From a virus (Duplodnaviria > Caudoviricetes), in IMG/VR virus record IMGVR_UViG_3300032257_000017, positions 1 through 53,412 of that record: a DNA stretch of 53,412 nucleotides; one strand, written 5' to 3'. A program made the translations under genes and the position numbers. Shown piece after piece: positions 9,270-17,138 of this stretch. Below the pieces are notes generated by a model that was not told the DNA's origin, made no database searches, and worked only from the letters and a program-made list of their open reading frames with translations. Every line of letters begins with the position of its first letter. The stretch's first letter is position 1.

Positions 9270-9371
9270 CACTTTCTCGCATTATCTTTCGCTTTCCGCT
9301 TGCGCCCGATTAAGCATTCCCCTATAACTAGAGCACTGGAGGCAAGCAAGCCTCCGAAGGGGACGAAAAAC
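9270..9371 (+). promoter_or_regulatory. Promoter-leader cassette copy 2
   Basis: TTTCCGC-TTGCGC-17-TATAAC, CTGGAGG, perfect hairpin GGAGGC-AAGCAA-GCCTCC. Confidence 0.78.
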
Positions 9372-9584
9372 ATGATCACCACGCGATTTGAGTTCGGACA
9401 GACCATCACCGAGACCACCGATAGTGACCGGGCCACGACGAGCAGATTTGACGGCGCGCGGGTCTGGGTTTGCTTCGGTCGCATGGAGCGGGGCGACTTC
9501 ATTGTCGCGCACCGCAAGCAGAGCAGGCCCTACAAGACGGTGACGGGCGCTGACAAGGCCATCGCCGCGTGGGTCAACAACTAG
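9372..9584 (+). CDS. Small hypothetical protein (cassette 2)
   Basis: 70 aa MITTRFEFGQ...AIAAWVNN, directly after the cassette leader. Confidence 0.7.
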   Translation: MITTRFEFGQTITETTDSDRATTSRFDGARVWVCFGRMERGDFIVAHRKQSRPYKTVTGADKAIAAWVNN

Positions 9585-9631
9585 ATCCCAACGCCTCGCC
9601 CGGGGCTTCGTACCGGGCAGAGGAGAGCGAG

Positions 9632-9874
9632 ATGGCACGGGACACCGCACGATGCGCCTTCTGTGGCAAGCGAGCCGCAGCCGAGGACGCGCACACCGCG
9701 AAGGCCCATCGCCCCGACTGCCCGAAGCGGGTCGCGATGGAGCGTAAGGCGAGCACCCCGAACGCATCGACCGTCGCTCTCGTCCGCTCGCTGTGCAAGT
9801 TCATGACCCCGACCGCCGCTGCGGACTTCCGCGCTCGGCTCGCTGAGACCACCAACCAAAGGATGAACCGATGA
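9632..9874 (+). CDS. Small putative Zn-binding protein
   Basis: 80 aa; CxxC...HxxxC; GAGGAG RBS. Confidence 0.6.
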   Translation: MARDTARCAFCGKRAAAEDAHTAKAHRPDCPKRVAMERKASTPNASTVALVRSLCKFMTPTAAADFRARLAETTNQRMNR

Positions 9875-10050
9875 GCCTGCCCGGATACGACGCATGGAAG
9901 ACCGCCAGCCCGCCCGAAGCCTTTGAGCCTGGAGACGGCATGGTCGTCTGCCCCGAGTGTGAGGGGCGCGGCTTCGTGCTCGATGAGCACAGCGACCGCG
10001 AAGACTGCGCGCACTGTGGCGGCACTGGCGAGGTGCCCGATGACGAGTAA
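9871..10050 (+). CDS. Small CxxCxGxG zinc-finger protein (not in ORF track)
   Basis: 59 aa MSLPGYDAWKT...CPECEGRG...CAHCGGTG; ATGA overlap. Confidence 0.75.
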   Translation: MSLPGYDAWKTASPPEAFEPGDGMVVCPECEGRGFVLDEHSDREDCAHCGGTGEVPDDE

Positions 10051-10384
10051 CCCCACCGGACGCCCGCCTATCGTCATGCCCGCAACCTGCAACCCCTTCG
10101 CCGGTCCCGCGCACCGCATTGCGGAGGCACAGGGCGTGTCTGCGGCCACCGTCTACAAGTGGAGGCGAGAGCACCCCGAGATGAAGCCAGCGCCCGTCAC
10201 GCGCGAGCGTGGGCCCCGCGGGCGCCCCCCGAAGCCGGATGCAGAATGGCGCGAGCAGATGGCCGCGAAGTATCCCGCGTGGGAAGACGTGTGCGCGTCG
10301 GGGCTGACTCACGCCGCTGTCGGCAAGGTGTACGGCGTCCGCTATCAGGCGGTGCAGCAGTGGCGGGAGAAGTTGGCTCGCTAA
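10040..10384 (+). CDS. Double helix-turn-helix DNA-binding protein
   Basis: IAEAQGVSAATVYKWR and VGKVYGVRYQAVQQWR HTH motifs, with an RGRPP linker. Confidence 0.75.
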   Translation: MTSNPTGRPPIVMPATCNPFAGPAHRIAEAQGVSAATVYKWRREHPEMKPAPVTRERGPRGRPPKPDAEWREQMAAKYPAWEDVCASGLTHAAVGKVYGVRYQAVQQWREKLAR

Positions 10385-10411
10385 ACGCTCGACGTGTCTG
10401 GTGTGGTGGTA

Positions 10412-10509
10412 GTTCTTTGCGTTTTCTTTCGTTTTCCGCTTGTGCTGATTAGGTGGGCATCGTATAAATAGCGGGCTGGAGGGAACCAGCACCCAACCGG
10501 AGAGACACA
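10412..10509 (+). promoter_or_regulatory. Promoter-leader cassette copy 3
   Basis: TTTTCCGC-TTGTGC-17-TATAAA, CTGGAGGGAA, GGAG RBS. Confidence 0.78.
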
Positions 10510-10656
10510 ATGAGCAACACCTTCAACGCCGCCCGAGCCTACTTCACCTACAACACCCTCCGTGCCATCTGGGGCGACTCCCCTACCAGCACCAACTACC
10601 ACACCATGCGCGCTGCTTACCACGCGTGGCAGCGCGCGGAGTACTACCGCGCATAG
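10510..10656 (+). CDS. 48-aa aromatic-rich peptide (cassette 3; not in ORF track)
   Basis: MSNTFNAARAYFTYNTLRAIWGDSPTSTNYHTMRAAYHAWQRAEYYRA, between its own promoter and terminator. Confidence 0.7.
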   Translation: MSNTFNAARAYFTYNTLRAIWGDSPTSTNYHTMRAAYHAWQRAEYYRA

Positions 10657-10670
10657 CGCGACCCAAACCC

Positions 10671-10705
10671 CGAGAGGACCCCGCCCCGAGCGGGGTTTTC
10701 TCGTT
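10671..10705 (+). terminator. Intrinsic terminator
   Basis: ACCCCGC...GCGGGGT followed by TTTCTCGTT. Confidence 0.75.
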
Positions 10706-10737
10706 GTGGGAACGCTGGACACATCGACACCCTGATA

Positions 10738-10842
10738 CTTTCTTTCGCTTTTCTTTACCTTTCCGCTTGTGCTCGATGTCTGGTTATCCTATAAACAAAT
10801 GGCTGGAGGGAACAACCCCGCAGCGACCAACCGGAGCCGAAC
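10738..10842 (+). promoter_or_regulatory. Promoter-leader cassette copy 4
   Basis: TTTCCGC-TTGTGC-17-TATAAA, CTGGAGGGAA, GGAG RBS. Confidence 0.78.
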
Positions 10843-11241
10843 ATGGACAGCATCGACTTTGAGAACGCCGCCGCCCCCCTCGCCGCAGCGCTCGGTCTTC
10901 GCACCTCTGACTGGAGCGTCGGGAACGACTGCACCGGGAAGACCATCCGAACCACTGAGTTCACCGTCCTTACTGGCGCCAAGGATGTCCGCGCCGCATT
11001 CTCCCCCGAGTTCGCCGCGAAGTTCGTGCCCGCCGCGGTGGCCCTGACCGCCGAGCGCGACAACTGCTCGACCGAGGATGTCCAGTGGGACCTTGATTAC
11101 TACACCGCAAACGCACACCAGTACGCGGCGCCCGAGTGGGTCAAGAGCATTCGCTGTGCGATGACGCTGCTCGGCGCGACCGAGGCGTGCGAGTGGGCCG
11201 GTGAGTTGCTGGTCCTGCGCACGATGGCGGCCAGCGCCTAA
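10843..11241 (+). CDS. Hypothetical protein (cassette 4)
   Basis: 132 aa; RBS, own promoter and terminator. Confidence 0.75.
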   Translation: MDSIDFENAAAPLAAALGLRTSDWSVGNDCTGKTIRTTEFTVLTGAKDVRAAFSPEFAAKFVPAAVALTAERDNCSTEDVQWDLDYYTANAHQYAAPEWVKSIRCAMTLLGATEACEWAGELLVLRTMAASA

Positions 11242-11262
11242 CCCGCCCCCGGGCGCCAACAC

Positions 11263-11290
11263 AGACCCGCTTCGGCGGGTTTCGTGCTTT
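11263..11290 (+). terminator. Intrinsic terminator
   Basis: ACCCGC-TTCG-GCGGGT followed by TTCGTGCTTT. Confidence 0.75.
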
Positions 11291-11293
11291 GGG

Positions 11294-11500
11294 CTACTGG
11301 CCCCACTCATCCCGCAGGATGACGGCCCTGCGCGCGCCCTCGAATCCCTTGGGGACGGCGGCGGGTATGCCGTTGGAGTAGCGCAGCTCGCGGATAGCGC
11401 CTGCCGTGGTGTGGTGCCCGCGCTCTGCCTCAAGGCGGGCAACGTCACCGTCTGGCAGTTTGCCGATTTCGGGCGGGAGGGGGCGGCGAGGACGGCCCAT
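11294..11500 (-). CDS. Small putative DNA-binding protein
   Basis: 68 aa; MGRPRRP N-terminus and GKLPDGDVAR...IRELRYSNGIP HTH-like pattern. Confidence 0.55.
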   Translation of the reverse strand: MGRPRRPLPPEIGKLPDGDVARLEAERGHHTTAGAIRELRYSNGIPAAVPKGFEGARRAVILRDEWGQ

Positions 11501-11588
11501 TAGAGGGGCCTCGCGCTAGACCCAGGTACGGCCTTGTCTGGCCCGTATCCGGTCCGCGTCAGCGCGGGACAGTCATTGTGCGGCTGTA

Positions 11589-14500
11589 TCATGAGACAGG
11601 ACCCGCGATGACTAAACATCCACACATATCGCCCCCCTTACACTGACTGAACGGCGTGGCGAAGAAGTCCATCTGCTCAAGCCCGAAGACTTGCCCGTCG
11701 AACTCCTCGCACGGGCCGCATGTATCCGACTCCACGAGGTTCGAGAACACGAACCGCTCGGAGCCTTGAGCCACCGCCTGCTGATTCCGACCGAGGCCGA
11801 AGATGGTGTTCACGTCTGCCTGCGCCTGATTCCGCTCAACCCCGTCTGATAGCGAGCGGATGGCGTTGGTGATGATGCTGGAGACAGACGCGGACGTGGG
11901 CGCGCCTGGGACCACCGCGCTATCAGGGCCGGGAAGGGCGCCGCCTGTGCCCGCAGACTGTAGCGACCGCATCGCCGCCTGCTTCATCCGCGCAGCCTCG
12001 GCAGCCGTCGTGGTCCGCGCCACCGATTCGATGCTGTCTTCCGGGTCGATGTCCATCTCAGGACCCGGGCCCGTCGGGGCCTTCACCGGCTTCGTGGCGT
12101 TCTTCCTGAGCCGGTCGTTCACATCGCCAACGGCTAGCGCCATCCGGTCGGCCAGCGAGAACGGCACAAGCCTCTCAGCGTGGACGCCGCACCCGCATGT
12201 TGCGGAATGCTCCGAGAGGCGCACAGGGGGCGCCACAGTCCCGGGCTCGCCCACGTCGGGGGCCATGCCTGACTCAACACGCTTGCGGAGGTCTGGGGAC
12301 GCCTCAAGGCGCGCAGTCTCGCGCTCAACAGAGCGGACGCCTGAGCGGTAGGACGTGCGCAACGCCTCGGTCAGTTCCTCGATCAACTCGCGCTGATTCG
12401 GAACCGGGATGGTCGCCACGTCTCCGAGGCTGTCCGCTGCATTCTCGACCAGTTCGCCATAGAGCGCCGCCGTCTTGTCGCGCCAGCGGAGCAGGATGCC
12501 GCTCACGACCTCTTTCCCGAGGCTCGTCTGCCCGGTCGTCTCCGACAGCGCCACGACTTCCTCAATGGGGCGCACAGGGCGCCCACGAGGGCCGGACAGC
12601 ATGCGGTCGAATCGCGAACGCTCACCAAGGTCCGCAGCCGCTACCACCCCGAATGAATCCACCTCATCGTCGCCAACGACCAGCGCCACCCGCTCAAGGG
12701 TGAGGGTCTTCGGGACTCCTGTCTTGGGCAGCGTCGGAGGCTCAGCGCCTGTCCAGTACCCAAGCGTCATGTGGGGTAGGTAGTCATCGAACTGGTTTTG
12801 ACGGTTGATCGCTGTCGTGCGCCGGAGAAGACGGTCGTGCATATCACTAAGCGCATCCGACTGAATGCGGAGGATTACGGGCACTCGCCCCTCGCTGTTT
12901 TCCGTTGCCGGAAACGTGTCAACCCCGACCACATCCACAGAAAGCGAACCACTCGACAGTGCGCCTGCCGCAATAGCGCGCAAATCGGCCACGTCATCCC
13001 CGCTGAGCCCCTTCCCGAGATATAGCAGGGTGACATGCGCAGGGCCCTTGTCTTCAAGAGGGCCAACGTCTCGCTCAAAGCGACTTCGGAGAATACCGAG
13101 GGCTTCGCGCCCTGCCGCGTCCGGGTAGGCCATGAGGACCACACCTCGTGGGGAAGCCTCCGCAGCCGCTACAGGCGCAGGCTTCGCGCCCGCCTCCATC
13201 TTGTCTGCCTCCTCGCCACCCTCATCAGCCTCGGGGGCTTTCGCCTTCGTGGGGGTCGGCGGCTTCGGGTCGGGCTCGTCGTCATCCTCAACACGCGGAG
13301 TCGGATTGGCCGGATTCACATCAGGAACCGACTCATTCTCAATCTTCGCGCGCCACATCTCCAGCGTCTCAGGCGGCATCTCGTCCAGTTGCAGCACGTC
13401 GCGCACGCTGGCCTCAACACCGCCGTCAGGAGTCAGCACGCCAGCGGAGACAGCGGCTGAGACGCCATCCATCCACGTCTTCACATCCACGACCGGAGGC
13501 GGTCCGAATGTCAGAGACGGGAACTGCCGGAGACCCTTGAAGTTGAGCACGCCGAGTTGCTTGAACGGCGCAGTGTCCACGGGGCCCTGAGAGAGCGCCT
13601 GGACGATGGCCTTGCAGACGACATTGACGCCCGTGTGGAACGCCTTTGTCTGGCTACCGTGCAGGCTCTGAGTGCCGTTGTCGCTGCCGGTGAAGAGGTG
13701 CTGGGTATTCGTCGCCCGGTGCGCGGCCTTCTGTAGCAGCGTCAGCGCGTCCAGAATCTCCTTGGCCGACCACGGCACCTCATGCCAGACGACCGAGTAG
13801 CCGTCAGGGAGGGAGAACCGCGCGATGGCACCGACTCGGAGGTTCGCGACCAGTTGATTGACGGTCGCGCGCTCGCCCTCGCTGGCCTCGGGGCCGATGA
13901 CAATCTGGGGGATGCCAAACGCGGCTTTCTCAGCGCCTTGCAGTAGGAACTTGTTGAGCGATTCGCTCGCCTTGTACCCGAACCACAGCGCGCGCCCGAG
14001 GCCGTAGGGCGCAGGGTCGTCACCGTTCGGCAAGTAGCGCGCCTGGATGATGCGCTGTGCCGGGATGTCGATGGTGCTGCCGCTGGACAGATGCCTCGAG
14101 CGCCCGCGAGACGCGCGACCGAACACCCCGCCCGGGCCGTCAGTCGTCTGCTGGTACAGGCGCAACCCGTAGCGGACAGAGCCATCAGGCCCGTACTCGG
14201 GGAGCCAGTTCTGGATGGTGTTGGTGCCGACGGGCGCCATCTGAAGGAACTGCGCGCCCTCCATCACGACCTTCCCCGCGTCGTCCTTCATCGTGAAGGA
14301 GCGGTCATGCGGGAAGTACGGCTGAGACGGGATGACGCCGTTCCACGCGAGCGGAGCGAACTGGCCGATTAGCCCGTCCATGCCGCCCTCGCCACCTCGA
14401 TAGTGGTCCTCAATGGCCGTGCGGTAGAACTGCGCGACGAGCAGATCGTTCTTGTCGCCGCCCTTGACTGGCTTGATCTGCCAATCTCGCTCCATCACCG

Positions 14501-14816
14501 CCAAGGTCCACTCATTGCGGATGGCCTGTGCCGTGTCCCACTCGCGCGGCATGCGGTCGCGGAAGCCGATATCGCCGTAGGAGCCGAACCAGTCGTATTG
14601 AGTCAGCCGCGGGTTAATCTCGACGGTCGTCTCGCCGCCGATGATTCCGACGGTCGTCGGGGTGACGCGCTTGCGTGGGATTCCGCGCGCGCCCGCAGCC
14701 GCGAGGGCCAGAGCCTCGGGGTGGTCAACGGTGACCGGCTTCCCCGACTCAATGGCGCGCTGTACGTCAGCAGCGGAGACAGAGAAGGACACCATGGGCG
14801 CGTTTGGTTCAGTCAC
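11589..14816 (-). CDS. Portal (DUF935/Mu gp29-like) - 2H phosphoesterase (Acb1-like) - MuF-like fusion, ~1075 aa
   Basis: Portal motif PYGLGRALWFGYK...AFGIP...LPDGYSV; two HxT motifs (HVTLLYLG, YLPHMTLGY); C-terminal DTCGPC..FDG...CKGGDMCGC MuF-like motif; likely GTG start at 14816. Confidence 0.85.
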   Translation of the reverse strand: MTEPNAPMVSFSVSAADVQRAIESGKPVTVDHPEALALAAAGARGIPRKRVTPTTVGIIGGETTVEINPRLTQYDWFGSYGDIGFRDRMPREWDTAQAIRNEWTLAVMERDWQIKPVKGGDKNDLLVAQFYRTAIEDHYRGGEGGMDGLIGQFAPLAWNGVIPSQPYFPHDRSFTMKDDAGKVVMEGAQFLQMAPVGTNTIQNWLPEYGPDGSVRYGLRLYQQTTDGPGGVFGRASRGRSRHLSSGSTIDIPAQRIIQARYLPNGDDPAPYGLGRALWFGYKASESLNKFLLQGAEKAAFGIPQIVIGPEASEGERATVNQLVANLRVGAIARFSLPDGYSVVWHEVPWSAKEILDALTLLQKAAHRATNTQHLFTGSDNGTQSLHGSQTKAFHTGVNVVCKAIVQALSQGPVDTAPFKQLGVLNFKGLRQFPSLTFGPPPVVDVKTWMDGVSAAVSAGVLTPDGGVEASVRDVLQLDEMPPETLEMWRAKIENESVPDVNPANPTPRVEDDDEPDPKPPTPTKAKAPEADEGGEEADKMEAGAKPAPVAAAEASPRGVVLMAYPDAAGREALGILRSRFERDVGPLEDKGPAHVTLLYLGKGLSGDDVADLRAIAAGALSSGSLSVDVVGVDTFPATENSEGRVPVILRIQSDALSDMHDRLLRRTTAINRQNQFDDYLPHMTLGYWTGAEPPTLPKTGVPKTLTLERVALVVGDDEVDSFGVVAAADLGERSRFDRMLSGPRGRPVRPIEEVVALSETTGQTSLGKEVVSGILLRWRDKTAALYGELVENAADSLGDVATIPVPNQRELIEELTEALRTSYRSGVRSVERETARLEASPDLRKRVESGMAPDVGEPGTVAPPVRLSEHSATCGCGVHAERLVPFSLADRMALAVGDVNDRLRKNATKPVKAPTGPGPEMDIDPEDSIESVARTTTAAEAARMKQAAMRSLQSAGTGGALPGPDSAVVPGAPTSASVSSIITNAIRSLSDGVERNQAQADVNTIFGLGRNQQAVAQGSERFVFSNLVESDTCGPCEEFDGQVFGLEQMDFFATPFSQCKGGDMCGCLVIAGPVS
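12631..13172. repeat. 14-bp direct repeat TCCGCAGCCGCTAC (12631-12644 and 13159-13172) bracketing the 2H domain
   Basis: Exact match 528 bp (176 codons) apart, in frame; encodes VAAAE / VAAAD. Confidence 0.9.
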
Positions 14817-14865
14817 GGCAACAATCCTATAACAGACTCCGCCGATTGGTGCTGGGGATAAAACA

Positions 14866-14921
14866 GTGCGTATTGAATGGCGGCGGGGTATTCTGTGCGC
14901 ATTGGAGGGCGAGACCCAATG
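14866..14921 (+). promoter_or_regulatory. Divergent variant of the promoter-leader cassette
   Basis: -10 TATTCT, then TTGGAGGG at the same 13-nt offset; CATTGG...CCAATG hairpin encloses the SD and start. Confidence 0.55.
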
Positions 14922-15110
14922 GTCATAGTCGCAAAGGTTGAGGGCGGATGGTTGACCGTGCGCGGTGACGAGTCTGCAACGCCGACAGAAGACGTGCATG
15001 CCATCTCGAAACTCGTGGACCGTATGGCCACGGGCGAGATCTACAGGCTCACGCTGCCGAACGGTTGGGATGCCGAATTCACACAGGACAAGCCAGAGGA
15101 GGAAGCATGA
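14919..15110 (+). CDS. Hypothetical protein
   Basis: 63 aa; GGAGG RBS; ATGA-coupled operon. Confidence 0.65.
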   Translation: MVIVAKVEGGWLTVRGDESATPTEDVHAISKLVDRMATGEIYRLTLPNGWDAEFTQDKPEEEA

Positions 15111-15376
15111 GCGGCACACCCCAAGGCGACCGCCCAAAGCGGCGCAGGAACATCACCATCGACTGCGACGTGGACGCGGAGACCGCCGCGCGAGTCGGTG
15201 AACGCAGGTTCTCTGGCGAGGTGGAGAGGCTGTTGAGGGCGGCGAATGCTGAGGCGTCATGCGCCGCTGATGCCGTCTGGCTGGCGATGGACATGCTCGG
15301 ACTCCACGAGGTCGGGACTACAGCGGCGCAGCCAATGCCCTCGGATGACGGCGGCGACAGCGGGGGGCCGGGATGA
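15107..15376 (+). CDS. Hypothetical protein (possible ribbon-helix-helix)
   Basis: 89 aa; RRNITIDCD...FSGEVERLL. Confidence 0.55.
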   Translation: MSGTPQGDRPKRRRNITIDCDVDAETAARVGERRFSGEVERLLRAANAEASCAADAVWLAMDMLGLHEVGTTAAQPMPSDDGGDSGGPG

Positions 15377-15729
15377 GAGCCTACGTCTTAACCGTGGTCG
15401 TGATTGACTTCGATGATGTTGAGGGCACCGACGGCATCGGCTCCATCATCGAGAACGCCCGCTATCCCAACCGGTGCATCAACCCCGACGTGGTGGTCCA
15501 ACAGGGCTACGAAATCGGGGAGTGGGAAGACTCGCACCCAATGAACTACACGACCACGGACAAACTCGCGTGGCTCAAGGAGCACGGCGTGCTGACTCGC
15601 CCCGGTATTGAGAAGGAAGAACGGGCCGCGATGGAGGCCGAATGGGCACGCGCACGCGAGGACAAGGCGAAGAAGAAGGCGGCGCTGCTCGCTGGGATGT
15701 CGCCAGAGGAAAGGGAGCTGTTGTCATGA
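15373..15729 (+). CDS. Hypothetical protein
   Basis: 118 aa; ATGA overlaps at both ends. Confidence 0.7.
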   Translation: MRAYVLTVVVIDFDDVEGTDGIGSIIENARYPNRCINPDVVVQQGYEIGEWEDSHPMNYTTTDKLAWLKEHGVLTRPGIEKEERAAMEAEWARAREDKAKKKAALLAGMSPEERELLS

Positions 15730-15947
15730 TTGACCCACTCACCAAAGAGCAGCGCGGCATGAAGCGCCCAACCCTCGCTGAGTCCGCCAGGGCCGCCGTG
15801 GACAATCAGCGCCAGTGGGAGGTATTGGCGTCCCGCATGGACAGGGTGATTCACGAGGCCGCTGCTATGGGCGTGCAACCGCAGAACTTCTCTCGCTGGC
15901 TGGCAGAGCGTGACGGGTGGCATGTGCGTGGAGGTGGTCACCGATGA
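15726..15947 (+). CDS. Hypothetical protein
   Basis: 73 aa; translationally coupled. Confidence 0.6.
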   Translation: MIDPLTKEQRGMKRPTLAESARAAVDNQRQWEVLASRMDRVIHEAAAMGVQPQNFSRWLAERDGWHVRGGGHR

Positions 15948-16315
15948 GCATCACCAAGGACGCCATCAGGCGGCACAACGCGATTGTGGAGTTAGCCACG
16001 GAGATGCTCACCGATGCAGTCTGCAAGGCCACAGGCGACGACAGCGTGCGCGTGGTGGGCGAGCCTGCGCGCGTGGTTGAGCGGCCCGTCACGGTCGCTG
16101 ACCTCATCGAGTGGCTACAGGAGCAGGACCAGACCGCGGAAGTGACGGCTATCGCCACAGACGGCACCAAGTTCTACATCCAGCATCTTGAGTTCTACTG
16201 CCTCGCCGTGGTCGATGGTCGCCTTCTGATGCACGCGCCGATGCCGCCCGTAGTCGTCACCGAGGATGGGTGGCAGTATGACTTCAAGCCGCTGGATGGG
16301 CCGTCCGATGATTGA
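15944..16315 (+). CDS. Hypothetical protein
   Basis: 123 aa; GGAGG RBS; coupled. Confidence 0.65.
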   Translation: MSITKDAIRRHNAIVELATEMLTDAVCKATGDDSVRVVGEPARVVERPVTVADLIEWLQEQDQTAEVTAIATDGTKFYIQHLEFYCLAVVDGRLLMHAPMPPVVVTEDGWQYDFKPLDGPSDD

Positions 16316-16375
16316 ACCCGGCTTGACCTTCATGCCTTACGAGACCTTCTGCGTCCAGAGGGTCGAGGTGCAGTC

Positions 16376-16597
16376 ATGAGCGGAATCGTAGGCAAGTGGA
16401 TTGGCGACATCGGAAGGGGCGAGCCTTGCCGCGTCGAGTCGTGCCACAACCCAGCGGCGACCCTCGTGTCTGACAGTGACGGCGTGTTGTGGGTGGTCAA
16501 TCTCGCGGACCCGTACAATCCCGCGCGAATCGTCCCCGCCCCGAAGCCTGAACCACGCGAGGTCGTGAAGCCAGCGGCGACTAGGGGGACACGATGA
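16376..16597 (+). CDS. Hypothetical protein
   Basis: 73 aa; GAGGT RBS. Confidence 0.55.
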   Translation: MSGIVGKWIGDIGRGEPCRVESCHNPAATLVSDSDGVLWVVNLADPYNPARIVPAPKPEPREVVKPAATRGTR

Positions 16598-16854
16598 CCG
16601 ACTTCCACAGATGGGACGGGCCGACCGACATCCGGCAGGCAGTCGATGACGCGAAGCGAGCCATTGAGAAGGCCACGGGCGTGGCTGATGTCATCTCCCC
16701 GGCCTACCTCTCCCCTCGCGTCTGGCGCGTGTACGTGGACCGTCTCGGACTCGTCGGCGCGTGGGATTGGGCCATCAAGCAAGGCTTTGCGGGCGTCCAC
16801 GTGGTGGGGCGCGGGCCGGTTGCGCGGCCAGAGGGCGGGGTAGAGCCGTGGTGA
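16594..16854 (+). CDS. Hypothetical protein
   Basis: 86 aa; ATGA overlap. Confidence 0.6.
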   Translation: MTDFHRWDGPTDIRQAVDDAKRAIEKATGVADVISPAYLSPRVWRVYVDRLGLVGAWDWAIKQGFAGVHVVGRGPVARPEGGVEPW

Positions 16855-17138
16855 CCTACGACATACCCGCCCACGTTAAGGCTCACGGCTGCTACGGTCG
16901 CGTTGATGTCGAACTCGTGGAGTGGGACCCACACGAGCCGCCAGAGCCGGAGGTCACGTGCGCTGACTGCGACAAGACCATCCACCCCATCGACAGGGCG
17001 AGCGAGTCGGAAGCGCCTCAGCCGTGCGGCTGTGTCTATGACGGCGGGAGGCTCCCGGGGCAGCCATGCGAGAAGGCGCGCTGGCATACAGGGCCGCACA
17101 GGGCCAGCCACGGCGACGGCTACGTGGAGTGGGCCTAA
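16851..17138 (+). CDS. Cys/His-rich hypothetical protein
   Basis: 95 aa; CxxC and C..HxGxH motifs; converges on the TerL stop. Confidence 0.6.
   Translation: MTYDIPAHVKAHGCYGRVDVELVEWDPHEPPEPEVTCADCDKTIHPIDRASESEAPQPCGCVYDGGRLPGQPCEKARWHTGPHRASHGDGYVEWA

Noticed and set aside
12645-13158. Intein in the portal
   Set aside because: No N-terminal Cys/Ser or C-terminal His-Asn splice motifs; the insert has 2H motifs instead.
3941-14816. Transposable (Mu-type) phage
   Set aside because: Head genes are Mu-like, but there is no transposase A/B and replication genes are lambda O/DnaC-like.
14817-15137. N-terminal 107-codon extension of the portal in the ORF track
   Set aside because: Overlaps the divergent promoter region and plus-strand genes; GTG 14816 fits better.
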